Part shown: positions 52,162-63,746 of the stretch, piece after piece | How the letters are laid out: the number at the start of each line of letters is the position of its first letter | How positions within the stretch are numbered: the first letter of the stretch is position 1 | Origin: Blepharisma stoltei ATCC 30299 | Taxonomy: Eukaryota > Protista > Ciliophora | Assembly (NCBI GenBank): GCA_965603825.1 | Contig: CBFDEM010000022.1 | Coordinates: 62,001-126,000, forward strand | Direction: 5' to 3' | Length of the DNA: 64,000 nt | Translations under genes and position numbers: made by a program | Notes under the pieces: generated by a model | Database searches by the model: none | Seen by the model: only the letters and a program-made list of their open reading frames with translations | What the model was told of the DNA's origin: nothing

Positions 52162-52899
52162 CTAATAAATTCTCTTTTTGCTCTCTAAAAAATTTGGGAT
52201 ATCGCCATCAGCTAAAATTGCTTTAAAATTAATTCCTTTGACTACTTTTGTAAAATCACTTCGTTTTGGTATAGAAATCTCATCAGGCTCTGCTTCTTCA
52301 CTTGAGAGGAAATTTTGTGCAATTGGGCTGATTTCATCTTCTTCAGTGAATTGTTTTATCATATTATAAGCCTCTTCTAAGTTTTGTTTCACTTGTTCTT
52401 TATTCATTGGAGTGTCGCCAGTTGTATTTTTATCATAAAAAAGTACTTCATTTGATACCTCAGAATCGTGGGATTGAAACACGTTTGAATTTGGATTTTC
52501 TACAGAACGAGAAGGCTCAGAGTTAGGCTCTTTGCTTTCTGGTGGTTTTGGAGATGGAGATTGATATGATAAAGGTGGTGCAGCTGAATATAAAGGATTT
52601 CGTGAATTTCCAGTTATTATGTTAGACTTGTAAGAAACACTATTTCTTACAACGATACTCTGCTCAGGAGAGCTATCAATCACAGGGAGATTTTTATCTA
52701 AGCTTTCATTTATGTCTTTTACGCTTAATTGGCCCATTGATAACTCAAATGTGCTTTTTTCAAGTTTAGGATTGATACTTGACATATTCACCTCTTGAGC
52801 CACTGCAGTTTTTCTGATTGATTCTTACTTGGATCCTTTACAAAGATTGCCAAAAAACACTTTCAAGCAATGACAGCAGCCACTTTCTTCACTTTTCAT
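52162..52899 (-). CDS. Hypothetical protein, ~240 aa, Cys-rich N-terminus; intron 52814-52828
   Basis: ATG at 52899 joins the 52162-52803 ORF after removing the stop-containing GTAAGAATCAATCAG. Confidence 0.72.
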
Positions 52900-53069
52900 A
52901 TATTTCTTACATTAATTAAAATTAGCATGGCATCAAGCATTTGAAAATTTCATGATAAAAATAAAAATAAGAAATTTATTTAAAAAACTGATTTTCTTGA
53001 ATTTTATTCTATAAAATTCCTTATATAAAATAGGCATTTTTATCATGTTTTTAATACTGAATTAAGTCA

Positions 53070-53936
53070 TTAAAATATTATACAATGGCACGCATCACCA
53101 CTTGTAGACATTTTATCTGTCTCTGACATAGCTTTAAAGCTTGCTTTTGCCGCTAAAACTGACTCTATCATACTGTCAGTTCCTTCTGTCCTTAACCCAT
53201 ACAGCAGCTGATCTCTAAACCTTCTTTTAATTTTCACACAGCATTTTGGACAAACAGCTTGCTTTAGCCTCCCATAAGGCACAGTATCCCTCATATCTTT
53301 ATTAAGTTCATCATATCTCGTAAGCAATTTATTTTTCTCTTCCCTCATAAAATTTGTGTATTTTTCAACTTCTTCAATTTCTCCTTCAATCGACTCCAGC
53401 CTCATTTTATTTTCTTTTTCGCTTGATTTTGAAGACTCTAGCACCCTTTCTAGTGTTTCTATTTCTTTTGTTAGTGCGTTTGTCATTAAGCTTTCCTGCT
53501 CAATTTTTCTTTGAGTGATTTCAAGGTTATTTATGGAATTTTTGTTATTAATTTGAATTTCCAGTTTTTCTATCTGGGTTTTTTTATGATTTATGTCTTT
53601 TCGGAGCTGATTTTTGCGGGAATTGCTTTCTTGGATGCAGTTTTTAAGATCGTTGATTTGGAGAGTTGCTTGGTGAGTTAGTTCTTGATGAATGTTGGCT
53701 TTGAAGCAATTAAGGCAGATTAGGAATCTTTCATCGGCGTTTTTTCGTGCATGGTCTTTGCAGAATCATTGGTTGCATTGACGACACTTAAGAGTTTTCC
53801 GAGAATTTTGGGGTTTTTTTGTGCAAATGTAGCATTTTTCGTTTTTGGAAGGTTTATTTGAGTCATCATTAAATTCTAGAGAGGTATCGAGCATTTTCGG
53901 TAAAGTTTGCACGAGAGTGTATGCGTGCTTTCTCAT
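53070..53936 (-). CDS. Zinc-finger (FYVE/B-box-like) + coiled-coil protein with C-terminal CaaX (CIIF), 288 aa
   Basis: CYIC..CRQCNQW(TGA)FCKDH..CLNC, coiled coil, ends ACHCIIF. Confidence 0.78.
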
Positions 53937-54584
53937 ATTTTTGTTTGCAATCAGATATAGAAATATAAATATGAAAAATAAATGCGAATTTAAGCAAAGT
54001 TAGAATTAGATCAAAAATAGCGATTGAATAAATATTTATATTATGATTAGCGTTCTAATTTATAAACATTCACTTTGGGTTTATGGCGTTATTGTATTTA
54101 AAAAATCACTTATAAAGCGCTATATTATTTTAAATTTCCAGCGCTTCTGCAATTATAGTTTATTTTTATTGTTTTACCTGCGGCTTTTCTTTTGCATTGA
54201 TTACGCACTGATCTTGTTAAGAGGCATGATGAGCAGCCAAAACCATTTAGCATAATAAAAAATGAAAGTAAAATCTATTTTCCCTATTTGCAATGTGTAT
54301 AATTAATATTTCTATATGTCTTCAATCTAAAATTTTTTTTTATTAAACATCAATTTCTGTTATGAATGGGAAATATACATATTTTTTATTATTGAATATT
54401 TTGGTTTTTCAAGAGCCCTGTGCTGTCCTTAAGTTTAAAAAAATAGAAAATTCTCAATTTTGTTGAGGTGCAATAAAGTGTTTTTCTTTTTAAATCAACA
54501 TTCATTGCTTGCTTATAAAGGGACAGCATACTTTTACAAAAATGATTAGGAATTAATTTGAATTAATTTAATTATTAAATATAA

Positions 54585-56087
54585 ATGATCTATGCATATG
54601 CTCTTAATGTAGAAGATACTGAAACCGCAGAATCCATGGGAGACGTCGTAAAATTCGCTATTCCCAGCCTATTTTTAGTATTAATTATTTTATCAATTTT
54701 TACTTTTAATAGAGGAGGTACACTCTACAGCGTATGATACTTCATGACTTGATACCAATTTATCCGCTGAATTCCTCTTATTAACTCAGATGTTCCAGAA
54801 GTCTATGACAAATTTTTTCAACGACTTGCAGAGGCAGCTAATGATCATCAATTTATAACATACGGAACTAGCAAAAGTGTCGACAATAAAAGGTTAGAGA
54901 TTGTAAGTAAGATATATTTAGAAATAAAAAGCACACTCTTTATAAATAACGCTGAAGAACAAATTGTGTATTGATTGGTATGTGCTTTAGCTGTCATTAT
55001 CATAGGAGTTATAGGAGTATCCCAGAGCAAAACCCCATGAGGAATATTAAAACGCAAAATGAAGTACAATTGTATAATTCGAGCGACATTGGTTTTATAT
55101 TTTGATTTTTTGCTATTTGCAATTTTGCAGTTGGAGTATTTTGATACCTCAGGATGATATGAAAGTTTGAATTCTGTTATCGCGATAGTGGTGGTTTTTG
55201 TATCAGTTTTAATCTTTTTTATTTTGCCTGTGATTATCAAGATAAAAACTGAAAATTCGATTGAAAATGAAAATTCTATTAAAGAAATTGACACACTTAT
55301 AACAGAATTTTCAGCAGAGAGGGTTTATGCTAAATATAACTATTGGGCTTTGTTTTTTATTGTTAGGATTGTTACAGCTTCAATGTTTATTATATTGTCT
55401 TCTTGATCAAGCATTCAAGCATTGGTTATTGGAATCTGTGTGTTTGTAAACAGTAATTTTTACTTAGTTTTGTTTATATTTTTCTGATTTCCATTTAAAA
55501 CAACTGTAGAAAATATAATATCAGGGCTTGCCGAAATATGTACATTATTATTAATAATCCAAACTGGATTATTTAATTTAAACGGCTGAACAAGCAGCTC
55601 AATGAACTATATGGCCTGAGGCTGCATATCAGTAGTCTATATTGGCATAGTTTTATGTCTAATACGATATTTCAGTATTTTAGCATTATCAAAGCATGCT
55701 GTTTTCGATGAAAGAAGTATTGATAAAAAAAATGATGAGACTGTAGATCGATCTAGCGATATCAAAGCTCCTACTAAAATAGAGCCAGAATTCCAAATCG
55801 AAGATCTTGAAGAACAAGAAGTTATACAATCCACCTTGCCATTCGCAAATAAATCAGTGTTTACTCCACCAACAATAAATTCTGAGCACGTGATTAATAC
55901 AAATGCACCAATTATTATGGAAAATATCAATCAAAAAGTTTATGAAGAACCTACAGAAGAGCAAAAATTAGAAAATAAAGAAATTTTCAATGAAAAGAAT
56001 ATAGAAAACAGAAATAGAAGATACGGGGAAGGTCTGTCTTTTTATCCTAGGCTTGAAGACAAGTACAAAAGAATTTCTTTAAAATAA
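54585..56087 (+). CDS. Multi-pass membrane protein, ~495 aa; probable intron 55453-55467
   Basis: ATG at 54585 in frame with ORFs 55167 and 55836 through several TGA; many hydrophobic helices and an acidic tail. Confidence 0.75.
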
Positions 56088-56094
56088 TTTTAAT

Positions 56095-57147
56095 TTAGCT
56101 CATATTTTTCTTCGCTGCGTACCAATTAGGTAAATATACTTGCTGAGTACAATTATCAGACCCTTCAATAAGTGGCCAAAAATATGCGTTTAATGTATAA
56201 TAATTATAAGCGCTATAATCTTTTGCATCCCACCAGTCACTTATGCATTCTGTATTAAACCTCCTCATTGTATTGCAGCTATTTATATTGGTCGACTGTA
56301 TCCATTTCTTTAAATAAGTAATTGCTTGCACATAAGGCTTATCTCCAAAATAAAGAGAGCAATAACTTGTAGCTGTAGGGTTATATCCACAATAGCAGGT
56401 TCCCCACAAAACTCCACTGGGGAAAAAATCGTCTCTGGTTGAGTAGCAATCTCCATCTACTTGACAAATATTTGGGAAGGTCTTAGAAGACAAAGTATTC
56501 ATACATTCATAAACTCCATTATTATTCATACAGTACCCTGAATTGCATAAATAAGAAATATTGTCAGATGTGCAGTCACCTACAGGCAGATGAGAAGCAA
56601 TAGAGAAATAAGGGTAGCATACACTGTTTATAGGAGTATTTGCTACATTGCAGCCAGCTCCATTTACACAATCATAATCACTTGTACATTGGGATTGGCC
56701 GATTGGGATTTGTGGCTGGCAAATTTCGTTAAAACAGCGGAGACCAGGGTTACAGTCATCATTTGTATAACAAATTTCGTTTAGTGCAGATCCTACACAT
56801 GTGCCTCCTACGCAGCCTCCTCTTGCATGTAATGAGTTGCAGTCTGAGTTTTTGGTGCATTTTTCGCCTGGCCATGCATTTAGAGGAGGAGTTGATGGGG
56901 TTGGCTCACAGGTGGAGTTTGCCATGACTGACGGTGTGCAGTAAGGAGCTTTTAGTGATGTGCATGGGTTGACATAATAAGTAGAAGTAGTTGCTGATTT
57001 TGTATAGTAAACACAAGTGATATTTGTAAAGGTTTGGTTTACACTTTTGCAGGTATAGACAGGGCAATTAGGATTGCTAGGCAATGCTCCGGAAACTGCG
57101 AGAACTAGTGATATATAAATCAAAACAGCGCACAATTTTTCGCCCAT
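56095..57147 (-). CDS. Secreted cysteine-rich protein, 350 aa
   Basis: Signal peptide, repeated C-x4-DC-x5-C motifs, C-terminal CYCGYN..YC module. Confidence 0.85.
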   Translation of the reverse strand: MGEKLCAVLIYISLVLAVSGALPSNPNCPVYTCKSVNQTFTNITCVYYTKSATTSTYYVNPCTSLKAPYCTPSVMANSTCEPTPSTPPLNAWPGEKCTKNSDCNSLHARGGCVGGTCVGSALNEICYTNDDCNPGLRCFNEICQPQIPIGQSQCTSDYDCVNGAGCNVANTPINSVCYPYFSIASHLPVGDCTSDNISYLCNSGYCMNNNGVYECMNTLSSKTFPNICQVDGDCYSTRDDFFPSGVLWGTCYCGYNPTATSYCSLYFGDKPYVQAITYLKKWIQSTNINSCNTMRRFNTECISDWWDAKDYSAYNYYTLNAYFWPLIEGSDNCTQQVYLPNWYAAKKNMS

Positions 57148-57269
57148 TTTCTATTATAAAAATGGTCACATGACTTTTTGAAGCTTCTTCTAATTAGATT
57201 TAGGCTTTTTAAGATATTTTATATTAAATCTTTATGCAATTAATTATAAATTAGCAAGGATAAACACAT

Positions 57270-58112
57270 TTAGTTATCTAATATTCTTATATGAGTGTAT
57301 CCATGTGAATAAAGCCACTCAGCATAATGTTTTACTAGCTTTTCTAAATCCTCCTCATTAAACTCACATTTAATAACTTCTAAATATTTCATAAACTGCG
57401 CCAAATAGCACGGGACTTCTTCACAGTTATATTTAAGCAAAAAATTTTCCTCAATTTCTTCATCTAGAAATTTGTATAAAAGTACGATAAAAAGAACAAT
57501 CGCTTTATAAAATTCTTTTTGGCAGATTTTAGCATGCTCCCACAGAAACTTCGCCATAATCCGATCGCCTTTATTTTCTTTTTCCTGCACAAATTCCCCG
57601 TTTTTGGCTTTCTCATGAAGAATGCTTTCTTCTTTTAGAGTCGCCAAAATAGGATGCTCAGTTTCTTGATTATTCTTAAAAACCCTTGGGAAGTTTTCTG
57701 TTGGGTCAGTGCCTTCTTGTGAGTAATGCCCGATTTCTCTGAGATAGGAAATTTCGTCAGCGAAATTAGGATTTTTTCTAATGTTGTCTGATGGATGAGT
57801 TATTTGGACCCTCACAGGCTCTGTAGTGTCCTTAATCTTACGAGGACGGCCTCTCCCTCGTCCGTTTTTGAACTGAGGAGCGTTGGTGCCTTCTGGGGTA
57901 ATTCCATCATGCTTTGTCTTAATGTGTGTGTAGAGAGCGGGATAGCTCAAATACATTTTTCCACAGCCACACTTGTAGGTTCGTCCTTCTTGGTCACTTT
58001 TGCTTCTGCGCTTGTTTTTCATGTCATTTCGGGACTCGTTTGGAGCTGAAATTTCGATTTTTGGCTGTTGCTGAGCTATTTGGAAAGGGGCAGTTGGAAA
58101 AGATCTAAACAT
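57270..58112 (-). CDS. C2H2-like zinc finger + AT-hook protein
   Basis: YKCGCGKMYLSYPALYTHIKTKH and RGRGRPRK; ATG at 58112. Confidence 0.85.
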   Translation of the reverse strand: MFRSFPTAPFQIAQQQPKIEISAPNESRNDMKNKRRSKSDQEGRTYKCGCGKMYLSYPALYTHIKTKHDGITPEGTNAPQFKNGRGRGRPRKIKDTTEPVRVQITHPSDNIRKNPNFADEISYLREIGHYSQEGTDPTENFPRVFKNNQETEHPILATLKEESILHEKAKNGEFVQEKENKGDRIMAKFLWEHAKICQKEFYKAIVLFIVLLYKFLDEEIEENFLLKYNCEEVPCYLAQFMKYLEVIKCEFNEEDLEKLVKHYAEWLYSHGYTHIRILDN

Positions 58113-58261
58113 TATAAATGGAAAATAAAGCAAAGAAGAATATATAGTAAATAAAGATAGAAATTACGAAGAAAAATCAAACAAATCATCGGAATTTACG
58201 AGTATAAAATTTACTTCAATAAATTATAATTTAATGACGATATTTGCAATAATAATTATAA

Positions 58262-58708
58262 ATGAAAGAGCCAAACAAAACAGAAATTTACGGCTTTATA
58301 GGCTGGATCGCGACCTTTATTGCATTTAGTAACCAATATTCAGTTCTCTTTTTAATCTGGAGCTTTTTGCCAGACTCTACTTTGAAGTCTATTGGAATTA
58401 ATTATTATCCCAGCAAATATTGGGCATTAGCTGTGCCTTCATATATAATTATGCTAGTTATCTTTGTCCAGATCATTTATCAAGGAGTAAACATGATCTG
58501 TGCAGAACCTCATGACTCATTTAATACATTAGAAGACTCTTGCACTCGAAGAATTGTTAATGAGAATAAAGAATTTCAAGGAATTCCAGATATTTCGGAT
58601 ATCCCTGTTAGTGTAGTTAATCGAGTTTTATATGGAAAACCTAAGGAACTACCAAAATTAACAAACCAAAGATCATATAAAGGAATAGCAAGAACACTGG
58701 ATAATTAA
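58262..58708 (+). CDS. PIGP: GPI-GlcNAc transferase subunit P; intron 58329-58343
   Basis: EIYGF, W-x2-LPD, YYPSKYWALAVP, DIPVSVVNRVLY; removing the intron restores the TM helix. Confidence 0.9.
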   Translation: MKEPNKTEIYGFIGWIATFIAFSNQYSVLFLIWSFLPDSTLKSIGINYYPSKYWALAVPSYIIMLVIFVQIIYQGVNMICAEPHDSFNTLEDSCTRRIVNENKEFQGIPDISDIPVSVVNRVLYGKPKELPKLTNQRSYKGIARTLDN

Positions 58709-58758
58709 TTATTTTTTATTCATAAAGATAAATATATTATTTAATCTCCGTCAATAAA

Positions 58759-60234
58759 ATGGACTCCGATAGCGAAGAATATTTGGCAGAAGCTGGGCGA
58801 AAAGCAAAACAAAAATTCCTAAGAGAAGAAATCATAGAACTTAACTATGACCCGAAATTGTTTACACACTTTTGTGAAAGCAAAAAAGGCGCTGATATTG
58901 ACTTATACACAACTGAAGAATTAGAAGAATGTGTCAAAGAGTTTAAAATAAGGTTCAGGTCAAACGATACATATGAACAATATCAAGAAAAAGTGAGAAA
59001 AGATAAGGAGCTTGAAAAACGATTATACGAAATCCCTATAAGAAAAGTAAATAAAGCAGTAGAAGAATATAAGAAACAAGAAGAATCGAAAAATTATATA
59101 GAAACTAGAACAGTATCGTTGGCTAGCTTAGAATCGCAAGGTGAAATATTTTCAGTTCAAGCTGAAATGGCGACTCCAACTGACTTGTTGAATTGCAAGA
59201 ATTTAAAATTGACAGTCTCTGAACCTAAAGTTGTCCAAGGAGGACTTTTTGGGTCTAATTATGTAATTTACAATATTGTTACTTCGCCACTCGGCTGGGA
59301 TGTAAGGCGACGATATAAGCAGTTTAAATGGCTTCGAGAAGTCCTTTCCCACGAATTCCCTGGCTATTACATACCTCCACTCCCTGACAAAAAAGCTCAC
59401 GGTAACACAGAAGACATGACCATCCTAAAGCGTCAACGTTTCCTTCAGCGTTACATGAACTCTCTTATATCCAACCCAATTTTCCGATCTTCCCCCTCTT
59501 TTGAGTTATTTCTAAAAGAAAACTCTGACAAAGAATTTAAATCCAGTAAAGATTGCAATAAAAAAACAAAACGTGCTGCCCTTAACCAGTTTATAAGCCT
59601 AACTGGGGATTTATATTGCGATTCACGAGACCATGCTACAAAATTCAACGCTATCAGCCAATATTTAAATAATGGAGAAACCATAAAAAAAAAACTCAAG
59701 CGGCAATCAGAAGAAATAATGGAAGATTTATTAAAATTATCCAAAACAATAGCGAGCTATGCAGAAACTATAAGGCAAGCTGCAGATTTGCAAGACTTGC
59801 CTGACTTTAATGATGGACATAAAGAGCTATATAAAAGTCTCAATGATGCTCTATTAGATTGATCTGATTGAGAAATAGAAAATTCAAATTTTATTTCTGA
59901 TTATTTTAACATGTTTTTTAAATTTGGGTATATGGAATTAGGAGCGTTAAAAGAGCTGATAAAAGAAAGAGAAAATCATTATGGGAACTTTAAGAGGGCT
60001 GAAGGAAAAGAAAGCGAAAAAAGGAGAAAAGCAAAGGAGTGGTATGGGTTTTATAATTATCAGTGCTTGACTGAGACAGAAAGAGTGATTTTGGCTTGTA
60101 GAAATGGCACTTGTGAGCATTTTTCTGATATGGCTAACTACCAAATTAAAAGTGCTATCAAATTTAGGGGGATTTGGGAAAATTTAAATACAAAAGTAGT
60201 GGAAATAAGTGATAGATTTAGTTTCTTTCGGTAA
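58759..60234 (+). CDS. Sorting nexin (PX + BAR-like), 491 aa
   Basis: YVIY..VRRRYKQFKWLR..IPPLPDK..KRQRFLQRY; joined to ORF 59911 through TGA. Confidence 0.9.
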
Positions 60235-60330
60235 TTTAATGTATAAAATGGTAAATAAAGCAAGTAAAATAGCACATTTAATACTGTTTTCTAATAGAAC
60301 TCCAAAATTAATAATTATACTTTATACACG

Positions 60331-61089
60331 CTACATTATTTCGCATTTTTTCGAGCACCCAATACGTTTTTCCTCCGTTTCGACTATTAGCTCTTTATTT
60401 CCATTCAATTTAAGTTCAATCATTTTCAGCACCTCTTTCAGTTGGCTATTTTCCTGTCCTTTATTATGCAATGCTATTTCGCTTTCCGTTAGTCTAATTT
60501 GCATCAGCTGTATATCCTTCTGCAAATTTCTTACTTGTTCCTGTATAAATGACTCCGGTGAACAATTAAAAGCAAAAGAGCTTCTTAAATATTGGTTAGA
60601 CGCTGGAGAATTCGATTTTCCATCAGATTGGCATGACAAGACGCTTTCTTTCATTCTTTTATTAGCAGAAGAAAGCTCTTTCAGCACTCGATGGCTGCTG
60701 TCCATATAAAGGTTTGCCTCTTTTCTTAAATCTTGGAGGCTCGTTTTAATTTTTCTGCTTAAGTCCTCTGTTTGGATTTTCAGAGGACTTGAGTGGGTTT
60801 CTTTAATGTTCTGTAAGTGGGTGCTTAAAAAACTGATTGAGATATCACTGTCACTGTCTGATAAGGAAATTGGGGAGTGCGTTTTTGAATCTTCTTTAAG
60901 CTCTTTGGCAATTTTTGCAAGCTCACTTCGTTCAGAGAGAGTTGTGGCGTTAGAAGAAGGGAGAGGCAAAATGTGATTTGAGCTGGGCTGGAGGTCGGAG
61001 GAGTCAGAATTGCTGGAAATTGAAAGGATTGTGCTCGGGGATTTTTTCCGATTTCGCTTAAGGCTTTTTGTGGAATATGGATTTTCCAT
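60331..61089 (-). CDS. Ser-rich coiled-coil hypothetical protein ending in CaaX-like CEIM
   Basis: Clean 252-aa ORF. Confidence 0.78.
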   Translation of the reverse strand: MENPYSTKSLKRNRKKSPSTILSISSNSDSSDLQPSSNHILPLPSSNATTLSERSELAKIAKELKEDSKTHSPISLSDSDSDISISFLSTHLQNIKETHSSPLKIQTEDLSRKIKTSLQDLRKEANLYMDSSHRVLKELSSANKRMKESVLSCQSDGKSNSPASNQYLRSSFAFNCSPESFIQEQVRNLQKDIQLMQIRLTESEIALHNKGQENSQLKEVLKMIELKLNGNKELIVETEEKRIGCSKKCEIM

Positions 61090-61204
61090 AGAAAATTTTA
61101 TGCATTTAATAAGAAAATCATTAAAAATTTGGAATGATTATCATGGATATTATTTTTATTATAGTATTAAGGAGTAGCTGCTATTTTAATTAGATAATAA
61201 TTAG

Positions 61205-62224
61205 CTATAAGTTTTGGTCTCTGAAATGCAAGTGGTTATTATTCCTCATTCCCTGCTGCAATAAATTCCTTTGCACTTCTTGCATCCTTTGAATTCTTTC
61301 ATCAGTCCCTCTCCATGGGTTATAAACTGCCAAAGTCTTATACATTTCAGCCATAACAGCTTGGATCCATAGCATTTTGCTTTGTTCAGGTCTATAATGT
61401 TGCCTATAGTACCTCGACCACATCTTATTCCCAAGTATTTTCCCATTTTCAAGCCTTAGTTCTCCATTGCTTGTTATTTCTCCTGGTAGCCTCATACCAT
61501 TTGATATAATAGAGCTCTGATAAGATGTATCAGATGTCACAGACCCTAAATCGACATAATGTTCAGGTCTTAGTTCATCCTCTGAACTAATGACCTCATA
61601 CGAGTTTTCTTCACCCCAATCATAATATTTTCTAAGCTCTCTTTCTTTTGTTTCTGTATTTAAAAAACAATGCTGCTTATCTATCATATGCTGCTGTGCA
61701 GCTTGAGCTGTTTTAAACCCGCTTGGACCATCATAGCTGCAATAAAGACACATAAATCCAATCCTCACAGTATCTTGTAAATATTTTAGTAGCCCTTCTA
61801 GATCTTTCACAAATTCAATATCAGGGATGAAAAACCCGTGGGAGGTCATCATGTGTTTTAAGTTGCCATCTATAGATTCACTGCTAAAATTACAAAAAAT
61901 GCAGGTTTGCTGATCATTGATAGTGGATTGAGGCTGAAATACACGTGAATCGTGGGATTTTTTTTTAATTTCTAGGTGTTTATTGTAAGACTTTTTTGAG
62001 GTAAAAGTTTTATCACAACAGTTGCAGTGGACGTTGAAATTGAGTTCTGCCGCAATTTCATCAGATTCTCTCTTTTTCTCTTCAAAAACTTCTTTAGAGA
62101 CTGGGTCTAATGAGACTAATTTACGCTTGAGGTTGTAGGTATGAAAATCTGAGCGATAATGCTCACGGCAGTCTTCTTGGGTGTTTAAAGTAGTTCGGCA
62201 GGCTGTACAAGTCACTCCGTCCAT
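61205..62224 (-). CDS. REI1: REI1/ZNF622-like pre-60S zinc-finger factor
   Basis: CTAC..HYRSDFHTYNLKRK, CIFC..HM..HGFFIPD, CLYC..HMIDKQHC, HFRDQ end; ATG at 62224. Confidence 0.9.
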   Translation of the reverse strand: MDGVTCTACRTTLNTQEDCREHYRSDFHTYNLKRKLVSLDPVSKEVFEEKKRESDEIAAELNFNVHCNCCDKTFTSKKSYNKHLEIKKKSHDSRVFQPQSTINDQQTCIFCNFSSESIDGNLKHMMTSHGFFIPDIEFVKDLEGLLKYLQDTVRIGFMCLYCSYDGPSGFKTAQAAQQHMIDKQHCFLNTETKERELRKYYDWGEENSYEVISSEDELRPEHYVDLGSVTSDTSYQSSIISNGMRLPGEITSNGELRLENGKILGNKMWSRYYRQHYRPEQSKMLWIQAVMAEMYKTLAVYNPWRGTDERIQRMQEVQRNLLQQGMRNNNHLHFRDQNL

Positions 62225-62459
62225 ATCAGAAAAATTAATATGAAAAATAAATAAGCGAACCAAATAGATTTTTGTGCAATAATTGAATATTGCCACAATA
62301 TATAGCATTTTAAAGAAAACAAAGCTTAATTTATATTAAATTAAAATTAATTTCTTGGATTCTATGATAGCTATATGAGCCTTTTAAGCAAATAATTAGT
62401 GCAGCGAGGTGTAGTAGCGCTAAGTCTATTTGATATTGAATTAATTTTACCATTTTACT

Positions 62460-63746
62460 TTAATTTAATTCAGGAGAAGGAACTTTGTTAAGATGTGATG
62501 TCTTAATATATAATCCTGAATGTTGTGAGGATCCTTGATCTGATATGCTTAGTCCTGGAAATTCATAAATCGTATAAAACTCATTATATGAATCTGACAT
62601 TTGCATTTGCTCATGAATTTCTCCTTCCTCCATATCAACACTTTGCTGCTGTTGCAGTATAGGCGGCTCTTTAGCTTCAGGTCTTGGTGTTGGTGCCACT
62701 CTTTCTTTAATTAAATTTGCTAACGGATTAACATTCAGCTCCTTCCCTGTCCCTGCCAACAATCCTTTCAAAATCTGCGTCACATCTACCGGGTTCGTTT
62801 TTTTCGGCTTATTTACTTGCTGTTTCGGAGTCGCCGCATTATTGCAAAAAATCCAGTTCATAGATTTTTCCGACCTATTCCACATTTTTGAGTCAGGATG
62901 TAGATGTGCCTTGATGATTTCAGTCAAAATTCTTTTATTATTCAAATGCTTGCATACACTTTCTGCTTTCTCAATATTTTTCATCACAATCAGTGTACAA
63001 AAAACACCATTTATCGCCCTTGGCTGCTCAATTCTAATAGCTTGGTATTTCAGCATATTTTTGACATCTTCTACTGTAGCATTTTTCTTGAGTCCACGTA
63101 ATATAACTCCAACCCACCCTGATTCAGGGTCAAGTGCTTTATAAATAAACCATCTCACCCTCATAGGCTTCTGAATCCCTTGTATCCTATGAATAAAAGC
63201 TGCCAGCTGCCCTCGATTTTCTTCTTGGCGCAAAAATTGATAAGCTGTTTGTGCTGCATATAATTTACCGTCATTCAAACTGTTGAACCAAACAATCCCT
63301 GTGTGAGTGAATTTGGGCGCCTTATAAAAGTCCACAAACTGCACCTTTTTTACTTTTAAATTTAAGGACTCGACGGCTCTTTTCAATTCATATGACTTCA
63401 TCTTCTCATCAAGGGGGGTGAGAATCAGTGCAAAAACTGGGGAATTCGACACGAAGTCTTCCTAAATAAAAAGTACAGCGAAGCCTACACACTCAGAATC
63501 AACAATGCAGTCAGCCACTTTTTGTACGGAAGGATAGGACTGCTCGTCATCTGAACCTTCATCACTTGTGGGAGGGTCTAAAATCATGCGGGTTTGAGGG
63601 CCAAATGAAAGGAGGTGGTTGAGGGATGGGGAGTATAAGGATGGCCGGGTTTGTTCTGATTCTAAACGAGCTATGGAATCTCTGGGGTCAACTTGGAGGA
63701 AGTCTTGTCTGGCTTTTTCTAGTGTTGTGTTAAAGTCGTCCATCAT
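62460..63746 (-). CDS. RRM-like protein, ~418 aa; introns 63462-63476 and 63254-63268
   Basis: ORFs 63462-63746 and 62460-63452 join after removing the TAG-containing GTACTTTTTATTTAG; VILRGL..TVEDV RNP2-like segment. Confidence 0.75.

Noticed and set aside
54043-54255. 70-aa ORF and AAAGCGCTATA motif resembling the hairpin end
   Set aside because: No matching left arm or inner stem; the ORF has no recognisable features.
827-63144. Many antisense or alternate-frame ORFs (e.g. 827, 4859, 12823, 23977, 49037, 54848, 60209, 62842)
   Set aside because: Shadows of well-supported genes on the other strand or frame.
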